Shown in pieces: positions 12,000 through 25,699 of a DNA stretch of 51,948 bases. The stretch spans positions 1 to 51,948 of the forward strand of contig JAAOMT010000211.1 in NCBI GenBank assembly GCA_016748015.1, written 5' to 3'. Origin of the DNA: Geosiphon pyriformis uo1. Taxonomy: Eukaryota; Fungi; Glomeromycota. Below the pieces are notes generated by a model. It was not told where the DNA came from. It saw only the letters and a list, made by a program, of their open reading frames with translations, and did not search any database. Numbering within the stretch: the first letter of the stretch is position 1; the number at the start of each line of letters is the position of its first letter. The translations under genes and the position numbers were made by a program.

Positions 12000-14900
12000 T
12001 TAAAAAATATATATAAAATAAATAATTATTCTTAATTTATTTTGTCACAAAAAAATAATCACTGTGTTTTATCTAATATACCAAAAAATATAAATTATAT
12101 ACTATTAAAAAGCTAAAAAGCATATGATTTTATTAAAAAAATTTAATATAATATTTTTTTCTTTTATTTGCAATTATCATTTCACAATAGTGTTTTATTG
12201 ATCTTATTAACCCAATTAGAATAAATTAAGAAATATCTTATTATTATTTTTTATAAACTGCTTTAATTCATTCCGATTTTTAAACATACTTCTTTATATT
12301 TTTTTACAATAGCTCATAAGTTTTTAATAAAATTCAAGTCAGAACTATTAGATGGCTAAACTATAACTTTAAACATATTCTCTTGAAAAAAAGCTTTGGC
12401 TAAACAACTTGTGTGTTTTGGGTTATTGTTCTATTAAAATTATCACTTACTCCTTAATATTCTTTTTATCTTAAGTAAATATTCACGAATAATTTCTACA
12501 TAAAACTTAGCATCTATTATTTGAGCAAAACAAAATAAACTTATCTTTTCTTTTTCATAAAAACTATCTTACACCATAATTTTGTTTAATCTTTTGGTAC
12601 AACACAAGTTAATTACTGGTCTTTATACCAATATTCTATTGTATTTTAGAATAAACAAAAAGCTGTTTTATTTGAAAAAACAGCTCTTTTACAATTATCA
12701 TTGAGATGTTTTTAAGCTCACTTTACACAATTTTTCTTGTAAAAATTAGTAAACATTGGAATTTTCAAAGGTAGATCTCTTTTATATCTATAATTAATTA
12801 AATATCTTTGAATAATACTAAAAAAACATCTATACTTTTTTTGCTAATTTTATTTTCAAAGTTCTCAAAAATATTAAAAAATCTCGATAAAGGTATTGTT
12901 TTAATGTTTATAATGCATCTTTTTTAATTTTTTGCAGCCAACTATTTCTACTTGTATGTTTTACTCTTTCTGTTTTTTGAGTTTTTTAAAAATATTATAG
13001 ATAATAGAGTATAATATATTTATTTGCTGTTTTATTTCAGTTGTATTTCATATCCCTTTATTCCAAAAATATAATACAGTTTGGTGCAATGTTTTTTGTT
13101 TAGAAAGTAGTATTATAAAAGAAAATTTCTAAAAAAATTATTAGTAAAATGTGCAAAAAAAATTTATTATATTTAGCCACTTACCTTAGCATTTACTTTT
13201 TAAAAAAATAATTGAATTTAGTTATAAGAACATTTTGCAATAAAAACTTAGAATTATATTAAATTTTTTAATATAAACATGAATAATTGTTTACAAAAAA
13301 ATTTAAAAAAAAACATAAAATATTTTCTTTAAGTATTAATAACTTAGTTCTTAAATATTAATTAAATTAAAATAATGTTTTTGATAACAAATTTTTAAAT
13401 TGATAGAAAAGATCATTTATAATCAAAAAAGTATTAAATAACAAATTTTATATCTTGTAAAATTAATATAAAATAAAATTTAATAATTGATTTGTTTATA
13501 ATATATAAATCAAAAAATACTATAAAAAACTTAATTGATTATTAATTATTGTAATATTCACAATATTCATTAGTAAAACACCAAAACATTTTTAAGTAAA
13601 ATTATCTTAATCTTAAAACAAATGTAATTTTAATCAGTATAGAAAGATATTTCTTTAATTAAAATATACAAAATATTTTTCTTATAATTTACAAATATTA
13701 GATAAAAAACTACTTAGATGTTTTATTTATCATTGGAAAACACATAACAATTAAAATTAAAATTAGAATATATTTTGTTATTAATTTACGAAAAACTGTT
13801 TAAAAAAAACAGAAAATTGGCAGCAAACTAAAAATATATATGCTTAAATACATAACTGCCAAAATATATAATTTTTTTAATATACTTAGAAAATAATAAA
13901 AGAAGTTTTGCTTATAAATAAGCATTATTATATAAAAAACAACTTAAATATTATAAAAAACTTAGTGAAATTATTAAAAATATAAAGCTTTTAAAAAAAA
14001 CAACTTTAGAAATTCAGATAAAAATCTTAAACATTATATGTTTAAATATTTTTAATTATTGTAAAAAAGCCAAAAAACTTATATAAAAGCTTGATTTCTT
14101 GAATTTAAAATTAATATTGCTATAGTTTTTATATATTTTATCAATTAAAGATTTTAATAAATTAGTTAATTTCGAAATAAAAATCTCAAAATTTCTTTTA
14201 AATAAATTTATTTTACTTAAATTCAATTTTTTTGGAGAGTATAATATTATAGTTAAAACTTTTACTTTTTAGTTTTATTTATTTATTTATTTATTTGGTC
14301 ATAATTATTGACTTAGTTATTGACTTAATTGTTAATTTAATTATTAATTTAATTATTAATTTAATTATTAATTTAATAATTAATTTTTTTTAACAGTATA
14401 TAAATAAAATCTCCAAAAACTATAAAATTTATTCACACTTAGATCAAAATTTATTTATAGCAAAAATTAATACAATAATTTTTATTTTTTTATTTTTTTT
14501 TCTTGATTGTATAATTGTTAGTTTTTGTAAAGTATATTAAATAAATATTTAATATTGAATTTTAAGAACACTAATATAAAATATTAAATTATATTAATAT
14601 ATTATTTTTTGTTAACATTATAAACTATTTTTTTATTTTTAAACTTTTTATTATCTTTTAAAAAAATAGCAATTGAAATATTTATAAAATTAATCTTATA
14701 TATTAAATTTTTATTAATTTAATTTGTTTATTAAAGTTAAATTACTTTTTAATTATTTTTATTATCATATAATGTTGTTTTTTTTTGTTATTTACTAGTG
14801 TGTTATATTAATCATAACAAAATTATTAAATTATAAAAACAGTTTAATATTATTAAACAAGAAAACAATAAAGCTATTATTATATATTTAGGATACTTTT

Positions 14901-16570
14901 ATTAACCTTTTTAATAATTTCAGATAATTAACTTTAATTATTATATAGATCTTCAAATTTTGAATCAATTTATTAAAAAATTGCATAGCAATATCTTTTA
15001 AAAAATATGTTTATTATATTTAATCAATTTTTAAACAATAATAATATTGATTAAAAATTTTAAATCACCTAAGTTAAAAGCAAATTATACTTAAATCATA
15101 AATTTTATAATAAATAATTTATCTGAATTAGATACCAAATTAAAACAATTTGATGAATTTTTTACAAAAATAATAAAAAAATACTTAATTAATTAAGTTA
15201 TTTATTAGTTATCTTAATATTATAATATTAATAAAACAACTATTATTTTTAACTATTATTATTAAATTAATTATTTTTCAATTATTATTATAAATAAGAC
15301 TATATTAAAGTTAATTATTATTTTTTATTGGTAAATTAATAATTAAAAAATTAATATAAAAATTTTATTTGTCAGTATAAAAGTTTAAATTACAGAATTA
15401 CAAATTTATTAAAACAATATTAGTATTAATTATATTATTTATCAATAATACAACTATAATTTTAATTAGTATATATACTAATTTTATATTAATTACTATT
15501 GTCTTAATTTATTTATTAACTGTAGTTATAAAAACTATTATAACAATAATTTCCAACTTAAATACCAATCTTAAAATCACAAACAAATTAACAAAACTGA
15601 AAATCAATAATAATTACTTATTAAATAATTTTTAATACTATTGGTTTACAATAAAAAAATTATATTAAGAACTTATAAAATTCACAATTACAATTTTTAA
15701 ATTTTTTAAATTTTTTAAATTTTAAAGTCAAATTACAACCAATAATTTAAAACACAATTTCTTTAACAATACAATTGTACTTATTATTATTACAAAAAAC
15801 AACTTATTAATTGTCTTATTTATATTTATCTAAATAATAATAAATTCAAAAAATTATTTTTTAATAAAATAGCTTTAAATAATTAGCAATTTATAACTCT
15901 TATGCACATTAATATTAAAGTTAATAGTTAACTTATCAAATTTATTTTTAATAATAGTTTAACAAATAATATTATTATAAAACAATTTATATATTAATTA
16001 AATTATTAATTTAATTAAATTATTAATATATATATTATTATTGTTAATGAAGTCATAAAACTTTTTATTGGCAAAATTAATGATTTTTTTTAAAGTTAAT
16101 AGTATTATAATACTGATTAGAATACTTATAATAAAAACTATACAATATTAAGCTTTTATAAATAATAATTAATTGTCAAAAACCAATATTATTCTTAACT
16201 AAAATGCTTAAAAATTACAATTCAATTACCAAAAATAATAAATATAAACTTTAGCAACATATTTTTATTTTTAAACAACTATTATTTAAGAAATCTCTCT
16301 AATTAAGTTTAAAAAACCTAAAAACAACCCATTTTTAAAACTTATTAAGTTTTATAAACCAACAATTTTGGAATTAATTTTATATTATTAATTATATATT
16401 AACAAAAAAAACTTTGTAAGCTTTATTTAACTTGATTAATTGCAATATTTTGTGTTATATTTACTAAAAACACTGTGATAAATTAAATTACTATTTCTTA
16501 TTTTAAATATTAAAAATTTATATTAATATAAAATTTGTCTTTTTATATCTATTATAAAAGTAAATTTTTG
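12000..16570 (+). mobile_element. Hypermutated Ty3/gypsy relic (gag and protease decodable at ~14700-16300) within an extreme AT tract
   Basis: 14954 CAA ATT TTG AAT CAA TTT ATT = QILNQFI (cf. QILDQFI at ~50338). 15941 TTT ATT TTT AAT AAT AGT TTA ACA AAT AAT ATT ATT ATA is LILDSGSAGSIIT after C>T/G>A. 16143 CAA TAT TAA GCT TTT ATA AAT AAT AAT TAA is QYQALVGNDW. Outer limits approximate. Confidence 0.8.
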
Positions 16571-18539
16571 AATGTAAATTAGAAAATAGATTTTGATGAG
16601 GCGGAAAATGAAGCGTTCTAAACCGAAAACAAGAACCGAATCGATAATGATTTAATGATAATAAAACAATATACGCTATTATTTGAGTTATATGGCGACG
16701 ATAAGATTGAATTTCTTTGACTTGTTGTTTTGTGACAAATCAAGAATTTCAAAATAAAAAATAGTTTACACTACCTATAAAATAGTCACATAATAAAAAT
16801 CTATAAAAAAGTTTGGAAGACCAAAAGAATTACTAGAGGTCTTCGAAAATCTGTCACGGCTACTTTTCAATATTAAGCTCATGTTGATTGGTAGTTTTTG
16901 AAATTAAATACTGTATTATTGTAAATAACCTTATAAATTTTCCACTTCATACATTTGTTGATTGCTAGAATAAAATGAGATGAATCAAATTATCGTTTTT
17001 GGTTGAATCAAGGTTAACTATTTCAAGTATATCATCAATATTTTATTTTCAAATCTATGAAAAAAAGGTACACTCTATGTGATCTATTGTTCATTGATAT
17101 GCTATCTGGTTTAGGTGTTTATCGAAAAAAAAAATTCGATTTTGTGAGGGATGAAGGATTGATTTTACCGTTAAGTTTTATAAAATGCAACTCATTTAGA
17201 AACAAAAATTTGTTTTTAAAAAAGTTATTTGCACATAAAAAAATTTTTGAGCTTAAATTTAATTTAGAAATTAAGCAGAATGTATAAACTTTTATTATGC
17301 ATGAATAGTGATAATATTTTTTTAAATTTTTTCTTCCCAAATATTTATTTTATAAGATATTAATCTGGAAATTGTGTTATTTATTCAGTTATTTTGATTA
17401 CATATTGATATGAATTAGAAAATTTTTTTTTCATCAAATGTTGGGCATTTTAATTAGTAATGGTTATATGATAATAATCTCAAAAGAAATTTAACCACGT
17501 GCTTAAAGCAATAGGTAGTTAATTTTAGAGATTATTTTATACTACTCATTTTAAGTTTAAAAAAGAATAGAAAAAATACTATTCAAATTACTATAGAATA
17601 TTGAATTTGATATTTTGAAAATTTCTAACAAGAAAGTTTGCAATAAAAAATTTCTGACCTCTTTGTTGCTCAATACTTAAGTATATTGAAAATTTAGAAA
17701 CACAATATTTTTTTGGTTAAATATTTATCCCAGCTTTACAGAGTTTAATGAAATTTCAAGATTTTTTAAGAAAATTAGTCTTTGCCAAAGTAGTTTGAAT
17801 AAAAATTGTTTCTCAGTATGATTCATTTACTAAAAAATATTATTTTAACTAAAAAAATGACTATATTTAAAACAACAAAATTTAATATTTTTTAATAGCT
17901 TTCACGAACTTCTGAACCCTTTTAAATTTTGCTTGATATCAAGTGTGTGTTTTTTTGTAAACCATTAATCCTCTCGTTTATTTATCATTCCGAGTTTTAA
18001 CTGAAAAAAATAAATTTATTCCTAAAACCTATACACCTAAATAATATCTATTTGTAATGCTTTAATTTAAAAGTTCCTATAAAGATAACAGTTCACAGAA
18101 GAAATAGCGGAATTTAATGTTTTAGAATAAATTCTAATAAAAATTATGTATAATCTTATGGCATTTTTGAGTAATAATGAATTATGATAACTTTTTTCAA
18201 ACTTCAATGTTTAAAAGATTATAAATTTTGAACCAAGCTGTTCTCAGGTTTCATTTATATTCCAATACTTGAATATTAATACCCTCAATTGCTTTCTTTG
18301 AGTGAATTTTACTAGTTGTTTAATTAATGCCAAAATGTTTTTTTTTACAAAGTAATGCCGAATACATTAGATTTTATACTAGATTTTAAATTGATTATAT
18401 TATTAAGAACACATCATCTCAATATATACACTATCTAATAAAGTACATATGTATTGCCAAGTGTTTCAAAATCTTGGGGATTTTTTTCTATGCGCCCATT
18501 ACCATTAAACTCATCTACGAATGACCCACAAAACAGATA

Positions 18540-19322
18540 ACAATGTAGTTTCTTAACAACATGCATACCTTTGAATTTGAGGAAATGGACAACATGGACT
18601 GGGTCACGATATTGGCTTTATAGCACATAAATTTTCGGGTGAGCACGGGTATCACAAGCAAGACCACAATGGGCATGTGCACATACTTGATAAAAGCCAT
18701 TCACAGGCGGGTTCCTACAGCTAAAAAAATATTTTTAAGGCTAATTATCCAAATACACAATGTGCAAAGTGTGATGATATCGAAAACTCTGACTACGTGT
18801 TCACATCTATAGCCAACCGGAATCTAAGAAAGAAAATTTTAAATATGGCATGGGAACCAATGACGTAGTTTAAGGGGAAATTGGTGTGGTTTTGTCGTTT
18901 TAAGAGATTCAAAAACATGGATGAAGGGAGTGAACCACGAAACAAAAGCTTTTCTTACTTATCACTGGCAACAAACATCGAAAAACCCTTGGCTAGAAAT
19001 CAGGCTGAGCTGAATATTATCAGTCTATTGGAGGAGTTGAATTCGGTTCTGATGGAAGCATGAAACCCTTGCAGGACAAAGCATTGGAATGTTTTTGATA
19101 AGCTTGGGGTCAGATTTGGCCAGAATTGAAATATTTGCTCATGTAACAAATTTTAGGGTATTATCACAGAACAAATTTTCAAAGATTAATTTTGCTTAAT
19201 GTAGTGTCGTCTTGATGGGTCAGGGTAGTTAAGCACGTATAGAAAAGTACGCAATTCACATTTATGCCCATAGGCAGTAAAAAGACTACACTCATTTGAA
19301 CAAGAAAAATAAATAAATAAAA
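18540..19322 (+). mobile_element. 5'-truncated non-LTR (LINE-like) retrotransposon 3' end
   Basis: Degenerate ORF2 C-terminus (...MDWVT...TYLIKAIHRRVPT...YPNTQCAKCDDIENSDYVF; zf-RVT-like), higher GC than the flanks, ends in an (AAAT)n tail at ~19305-19322. Confidence 0.65.
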
Positions 19323-20599
19323 TTTGAATAAGATTTATTATAATTCTTCATTCATTTAAATGTTAGATTTTTATGTGAATTTAAGATAAGAAATTTAATA
19401 TCAAATTTTGTATAGAATATAAAATCATTGAATATATGAGAAACTTTGTTAATAGGGTTTTTCTATTTGGTATTATTGACTCAAATATGAAATAAATAAT
19501 AAATTTAAAACTTATAATTATATGTTATTTTTTTATTAGTTTGAAGCCCATGTTTGAAAAAAAATTTCGGATTCATTAGTTCACAATCTGTCTTTAAAAT
19601 TTTTTTAATTTTATTCTTCAGAATAATAATTAATTGCTTGCAAAATTATCTCACCAATATATAGTTTGACAAAAAATTACCTTTAAAAATTTATCATAAT
19701 TCCACCAAGACATATTGTTAGAAAGATCAAAGCAACAGATTTTATTAATATAAGATTTAATATGCAATTTTTTCATCTTTAATAAAACTTTTGGTATTAA
19801 ATTAACTTAAAATTTTTACCAGGCCGTCTGTATCGACTGTTTAAGATATTAGTGAGAATTAACAGCCTGGAAAGTTCTAGAGTATTAAATTTGGATAAAG
19901 AAAAACTATATATTTTTCATTGTATTTGGCTGATTTTTAATTAGTTATCATTAATTTTATTATCATATATTATTGTTCTTTTACACTTTTGAGTTCATTA
20001 AACTTTTTCTTGAAAAAATTTACATTTGAAAAGACCAGATAACTAATCTAATAATTTTAGAAACTAGCAGAAATCAAATACAAAAGTGTTTTGTGAACTG
20101 AGAAAGTTTTCAATTAAATTATAGAATCAGATGAAATTTACAAAAAATAGAAATTTCAGATTTATTAGAGATAATTTTAAAATTATCTTTATCCCGTTGT
20201 AGTGATTTTTATAAATTGAGAAATTATTTAACCGGTGTCATTGCAAAGTATAAGTTTTATTTCAAATAAATGATTTTTTTTATGGACATTTAAATAAAAA
20301 ATTTTATTAAAGTTGATCAACAATAATAAAATTTGACCATGGTTTACTGATCTTCAGTTTATGGAGATTATCGATTTGTTTTGATAAGAAAACGGTTCAC
20401 AATTAATAAAAGTCTCATATTTAAAAATGGAGTAGGTGAATTAAAATGAATACATTTTAAATTCCCATAACTAATCAAACCATTTATGATAATTTTTTAT
20501 AAACAACCCAATTCGTCGTTCAAATTATTCATCTGTTTCAAACCATTTCATAGTTAAATATCGATAAAAAAACAATTAATATCATTATTAAAAATAAAT

Positions 20600-23133
20600 T
20601 TTTATTCGTATGACTGATGCTAATAGAAAAATCCAGATCTGGAAAAAAAAAGCTTAAATCAAAAAAATTCTTGACCATTAAATATGATAAATGAAAGTCT
20701 TACCACTCATTGAACATGTAAAGTTTGAAATTAATTGACTTTTATATCTTGTTGCATCATGTTGAGCACGGACGAGTTCATTTAAGTTACAGTTATCGCG
20801 AGCAGCAATAACTCTTTGTTGAAGTTCTTCTGCAGTGCTACTGTATTGTGGATCACAATGCCAATTTTTTTCAATCATTTCCTGAATACACTGAGGTGTA
20901 TGTTTCTTTGATTGTAGGACGCTTTCCCTTAATCACATCAAGTAGCACGTGGATAGGATCTGTATTATTCAAAGGTCTTTATCCTGATATAATTTTACAT
21001 GAAATGATAGCAAAGCTGTATATATCGCTATACTTAGTATGAGAACCCCCTTTGCAAATTTCGGGCGCAAGATACTCAAGAACACCATAAGTGTTTCCAG
21101 ATTGTGGAGCGTCATCTGCAGGACGACAGAGTCCAAGATCAGAAATAACAATATTTAAGGGGTTTGTTTTCAAAACAAGAATATTTCCAGGATTTAAGTC
21201 TCCATGCAATAGTTCTGATTCATGCATAAACCTTAGCCCACCAGTGATTTGAAAAAGAATACGATGAAACATGTCCCAAGTAAAAATATCTTCGTTCGAC
21301 TTGAGAAAGCTCTGAGGTTCCCGTGTTCCTCAAATGGTAAAACCATAATAAATTCATCAGTTGTAAGATTGTTGGTTATAGCATTCAAGAATGTATTTGC
21401 AGGTGGCACTTGTAAGATGCGCAATAAACTATTTCAATGGGTTTTTTAATGTTAGAAAAGAAATTAGAATAATAAAAATCACATAGATTTCTTAAAAGAA
21501 AATACCTCATCTGAATTAATATATTTTATATTTTTCGCTATCTTTTAAGATATTTCAAAGCAACCTTTGTAACCCCAGTTCATTCATACTTTTGAATTTT
21601 CTTGTCCCAAAATAGAATTCTGCCTCTCTCCCATCTACCTTCTTTGACAATACCAAATCCTCCCGCTCCTACTTGATCTAAATGTATGATGTCTTTAGGA
21701 GAAATCCATTCCAGACAGCCTCTGCAGTTTTCAGAATTACGCTGTGTATATACTATATACTGATCAATATTATTATTTCCACTATTCCATGTTCCCCAAA
21801 TATTTAAAAATCGTAATGATTCACAAGAATTACACCAAACTGGATCTTTTAATGCACTGTAGCATTCTAGATATTTTGGCAAGCCTGCTTCAAAAACATT
21901 ATCATCACTATTATCAGTATCACAAAATGGACATATAGGAGATCCATTAATGATTATACCCAAGTTGCCACATTTAAAACACTTGAATTCATCTGAAAGC
22001 TGGTCAAAGAAAGCTTCAAAATCCGAAAATTCTCCCTTCAAATTATTAGGGTATTTAAAGCCTCGATTTTGGAATTGTAAAATGAAATGTTTTAAATAAT
22101 CTTGATCGACTAGAGTAAGGTTGCGGGCATTCAAATTGGAAAAATCACTGCAATAACTTAAATTATTTGCTCCTGTTTCTTTTAAATATATAGTTCAAAT
22201 GCTTTTGTGAGGTTTTTTGTAGTTCCCCATCCATTTTGATAACACCATCCAAGTTTATATTGTGCATTTTGATTTCCCACCTCTGTTGCTTTTAAATAGA
22301 ATTGAAATATTTCTAGATTTTCCCTATTACCCATCCATTTTGATAATGCATTCAAATATTAGTTTCCGGACTCGGATTTCCCACTTTTTCCAGATCTTTT
22401 GTTGTTTCCAATCGATTTCGATAATATTCTAAAAGATTAACTTGTGCAATCAAACTTCCCGCCTCCGCTGCTTTTGAATAAAGTTCAAATGCTTTTTCCT
22501 CATTTTTTTCGTTCCTTTTCCATTAGCATAACAAAGTGCAAGAGTGTATTGTGCATTCAAAATGTCCTGCCTCTGCAGCCTTTGAATAGAGTTCAAATGT
22601 TTTTTCCTCATTTTTCGTTGTTCCCGATCCATTATCATAACAAACTGCCAGATTATATTGTGGATTTACATGTCCCGCCTCTGCTGCTTTGAATAGAGTT
22701 TCAATTTCTTTTCCAAATTTTTGATTGTTCCTTCTCCATCTCGATAACAAATTGCAGGATTGTATTGTGCATTTAAATCTCCCGCCTCTGCTGATTTTGA
22801 ATAGAGTTCAAATGCTTTTCCTCGATCTTGTGAAGTACCAATTCTATTATTATAATTATAACAATAACCTAAGAAAAATTGTTCAAAAGAATCTTCTGCG
22901 CTCGCTGCTTTCTGAAATTCTAAAAATGCTTTTGTTAAATTAGGAATAGTTCCAATCCCATGTTCTAAACAAAAGCTGAACAAGATATTGTCTATTGAAC
23001 GCTTTGGACTTTTATTATTCAAGCAATTGAATAAGTCTTTAGGCGTTTTCTGATTGTACACAAGATGATTATTAACAAAGTCAGCAACTTTTGAAAACTT
23101 ATTAGAGTGTTTGGATAAACAGAAATTTTTCAA
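20600..23133 (-). pseudogene. Sel1-repeat / Cys-motif / TKL-type protein kinase gene, multiply frameshifted
   Basis: Kinase motifs GAGGFG, HGDLNPGNIL, ISDLG, YLAPE, SDIYSF. Upstream Sel1 repeats (AFELYSKSAEAGDLNAQYN). Intron ~21503-21423. Many frame breaks. Confidence 0.85.
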
Positions 23134-23232
23134 ATGTCAGATTTATTTTCAGTTAAATATTAATACAAATTGAATTTATAAATTCATAAAAATTGAAAAA
23201 TCTCAAAAGGTATGCCAAAAAAAATATTGAAT

Positions 23233-24174
23233 TCATTTTCGAGGTTTAAAAATATTCCAAAGAATTTCTATTGCTTCGGAGTCCCCATCAATATGTGCTC
23301 TTCGAAGCAGTTTTATAGCTTGATGATTATCATTCTTGAAACGTTTTTCAATACTCGCTAAAACTGTTTCAGCTTTTAAACAAGCATTTTCAGCCGCTTT
23401 TTGAAGCCAGAAGGATGCTTTAAGAAATTTATGTTTTTTAAGTAAGATCATTCCCAAAGTTAATTGAGCTTCCCAATGTCCACCTTTGGCCGCTTTCTGA
23501 CACCATTCAAACTCTTCTCTCCAATTGCCTCTATTCTGACCATACCATGATGCTACAATAAGAAAATCCATTTATTTGTAATTAAAAAAAAAACATTATA
23601 ATAGTTTTATTCTTTGAAAAGGGATAAAAATTTTCATACCCAAATAAAACATGCCACCAGGATTACCCCGAAGTGCCACAGCTCTCAAGTTTTCCAATCC
23701 TTTATTTAGATCATACGAGATACCAGCACCATAGGTATAGCACCACCCTATGCTAATTTGCGCAATATCGGATCCAAGTTTCGCAGATTCTTGCCACAAT
23801 TGATATGCTTTATTATGATCGGGAATGGGAATAGAGGGTATATTTCCAACGTCATAGTAGTATGCTACTTGATACTCCCCAATAGACATATTTTTTTTGG
23901 CAGCTTCTTTATACCATTGGTATGATTTCTCAGAATCAGTTAATGTTCCAATTCCATGACCATAGAAAAATCCTAAAAGGTGAGGATAATGCAGGTAATT
24001 TTCTTCTTGCAAAAGAAGTTCCATTATTTCTCGAGGATCAATTTTCTTTTTTCTCATCCATCTTTTAATATAAGGGAGAATCATTGGATCACTTTGAAAA
24101 ATACGAGTTGAATTTAAGTGTATATTAGAAAGCTCTTCAAGTATTTCTCTTTGTAAATATATATTATTTAGCAT
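23233..24174 (-). CDS. Sel1-like repeat protein, 284 aa, two exons
   Basis: Exons 24174-23640 and 23552-23233; GT-AG intron 23639-23553 joins in frame. Sel1 motifs (AQISIGWCYTYGAG, AQLTLGMI). Confidence 0.85.
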
Positions 24175-24385
24175 TATTTGAGGGTAAGAACGGAGGAGAA
24201 AAAGTCCGATAAATAGTAATAGTCACCTCTCTATGTTCTTTTTATAATATCAATAACAAGATTTCTTTATTTGGATGCACAAAAATCAAGATTTTAATGA
24301 ACCATGAAAAATTTGAAATACTGGATTTGTTGCTATTTATATCTTACTGTGTTGCAAAAATTAATCTTAAAAGAGATCATTATTA

Positions 24386-24493
24386 AAACTACGGCACCCT
24401 GTATTCCCGCGTGGTCCCCCACCGCAGTACTGACAGGGTCATTAGTGACTTAACTTCGGGTTCCGGTGCTTTTCACTATGTATGGCCGTAGTT
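24386..24493 (-). rRNA. Dispersed 5S rRNA gene copy with ~11-nt internal deletion (probable pseudogene)
   Basis: Minus strand: AACTACGGCCATAC...GAAGTTAAG...AGTACTGCGGTGGGGGACCACGCGGGAATAC...GCCGTAGTT. Helix I pairs perfectly and is followed by a T-run. 108 nt versus the usual ~119. Confidence 0.9.
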
Positions 24494-24949
24494 ATAAGAA
24501 TTATGAAATATTAACTTATTATTATTATATACAAAAAGGTCATTTTATCTGCATCATAAAAGCTTTCCCAAATATATATATATATTTAAATTAAATGATG
24601 ATTTTCAACATCGAAAGACTAAAACTTTGTTTAAAAACAACCAAACTTTATTATTTTTTAGAAAAATGTATTCAAAAATTGGTTTACCTATTGCTGACAA
24701 GTTTAATAACAAATAACTAAAAATGTTTATTTAATTTTACTGAAAAACAAATTTATATAAATATTATTAATGATTTGGTTTAATTTGGTTATATTAATAC
24801 AAAAATTTAAATAAAAATTTCTTTACATTTTTTTATAAATTCAAATAAATTAATCAAAGTTGGTTTAGCCAAGATTAATTGTAAAATAAAAATTTCCAGG
24901 TCATCTTAATCCTCCAAAGTAAGCTTGCAAACGTTAAAATTGAAAAAAT

Positions 24950-25680
24950 CATTTCGATAACTCAAGTTATTTGCCTTTGCTATTTTTTAATAAAGTTCAA
25001 TGCTTTTTGTAAATTTTTAGTCGTTTCCCACCCTTTTTGATACCACCATCCAAGGTTGTATTGGACATATACATTTCCCACATCCAAATGTTTTTGAATA
25101 AAAATTCAAATGCTTTTTCGTTCTTCCCCATCCATTTCAATAACACGTTTCAAATTATTTTGTGAACTTGGATTGTCTCTTTTTCTGGACTTTCACTATC
25201 CCTCATCCATTTGTAAAAGAAGTCCAAGATTGTATTATACAACAAAACTTCTCTCCTTTGATGCTTTTTCAAAAGCTTTTTCCAATTTTTCGTTGTTCTA
25301 TGTTCATTTTCATAATACTGTTCAAGATTATTTTGTCCAAGTGAATCTCCCGCCTCTGCAGCTTGCTTTTAAATAGAGTTCAAATGTTTTTCCTCGATCT
25401 GGTGAACTATCATTTCCTTTGATCTAAAAATCATTTTCCTTCTAAAATTCTAAAAATTCTTTTTTTTGAATTGGGAATAATTCCAATCCCATGTTTTAAA
25501 GAAAAGCCAACCAGAAGATAATCTATTGAATACTTTGAATTTTTATTACTCAAGCAATCGAATAAATTTTTACGTGTTTCTGGTTGCGCTCAAGGTATTT
25601 TTAACCAAGTCAGCAAGTTTTAAATAATTATTGCTCGAAAAAATGGCCAAACTTTTTTGCTTCTTCAAACTGAAGTTGCT
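24950..25680 (-). pseudogene. Decayed Sel1-repeat paralog of 22200-23133
   Basis: Shares AATAGAGTTCAAATG..TTTCCTCGATCT and TTCCAATCCCATGTT..AAA blocks with 22800-22975; frameshifted. Confidence 0.75.
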
Positions 25681-25699
25681 CTATGTAAAAAATAAAAAT

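Noticed and set aside
12000-16570. AT tract as a centromere or organellar insertion
   Set aside because: Part of it decodes to gag/protease and no organellar genes were seen. A centromeric role cannot be tested from sequence alone.
17057-17340. Short overlapping K/F/N-rich ORFs (also 11714-11950, 26299-26571, 29121-29402)
   Set aside because: No motifs; consistent with chance ORFs in AT-rich DNA.
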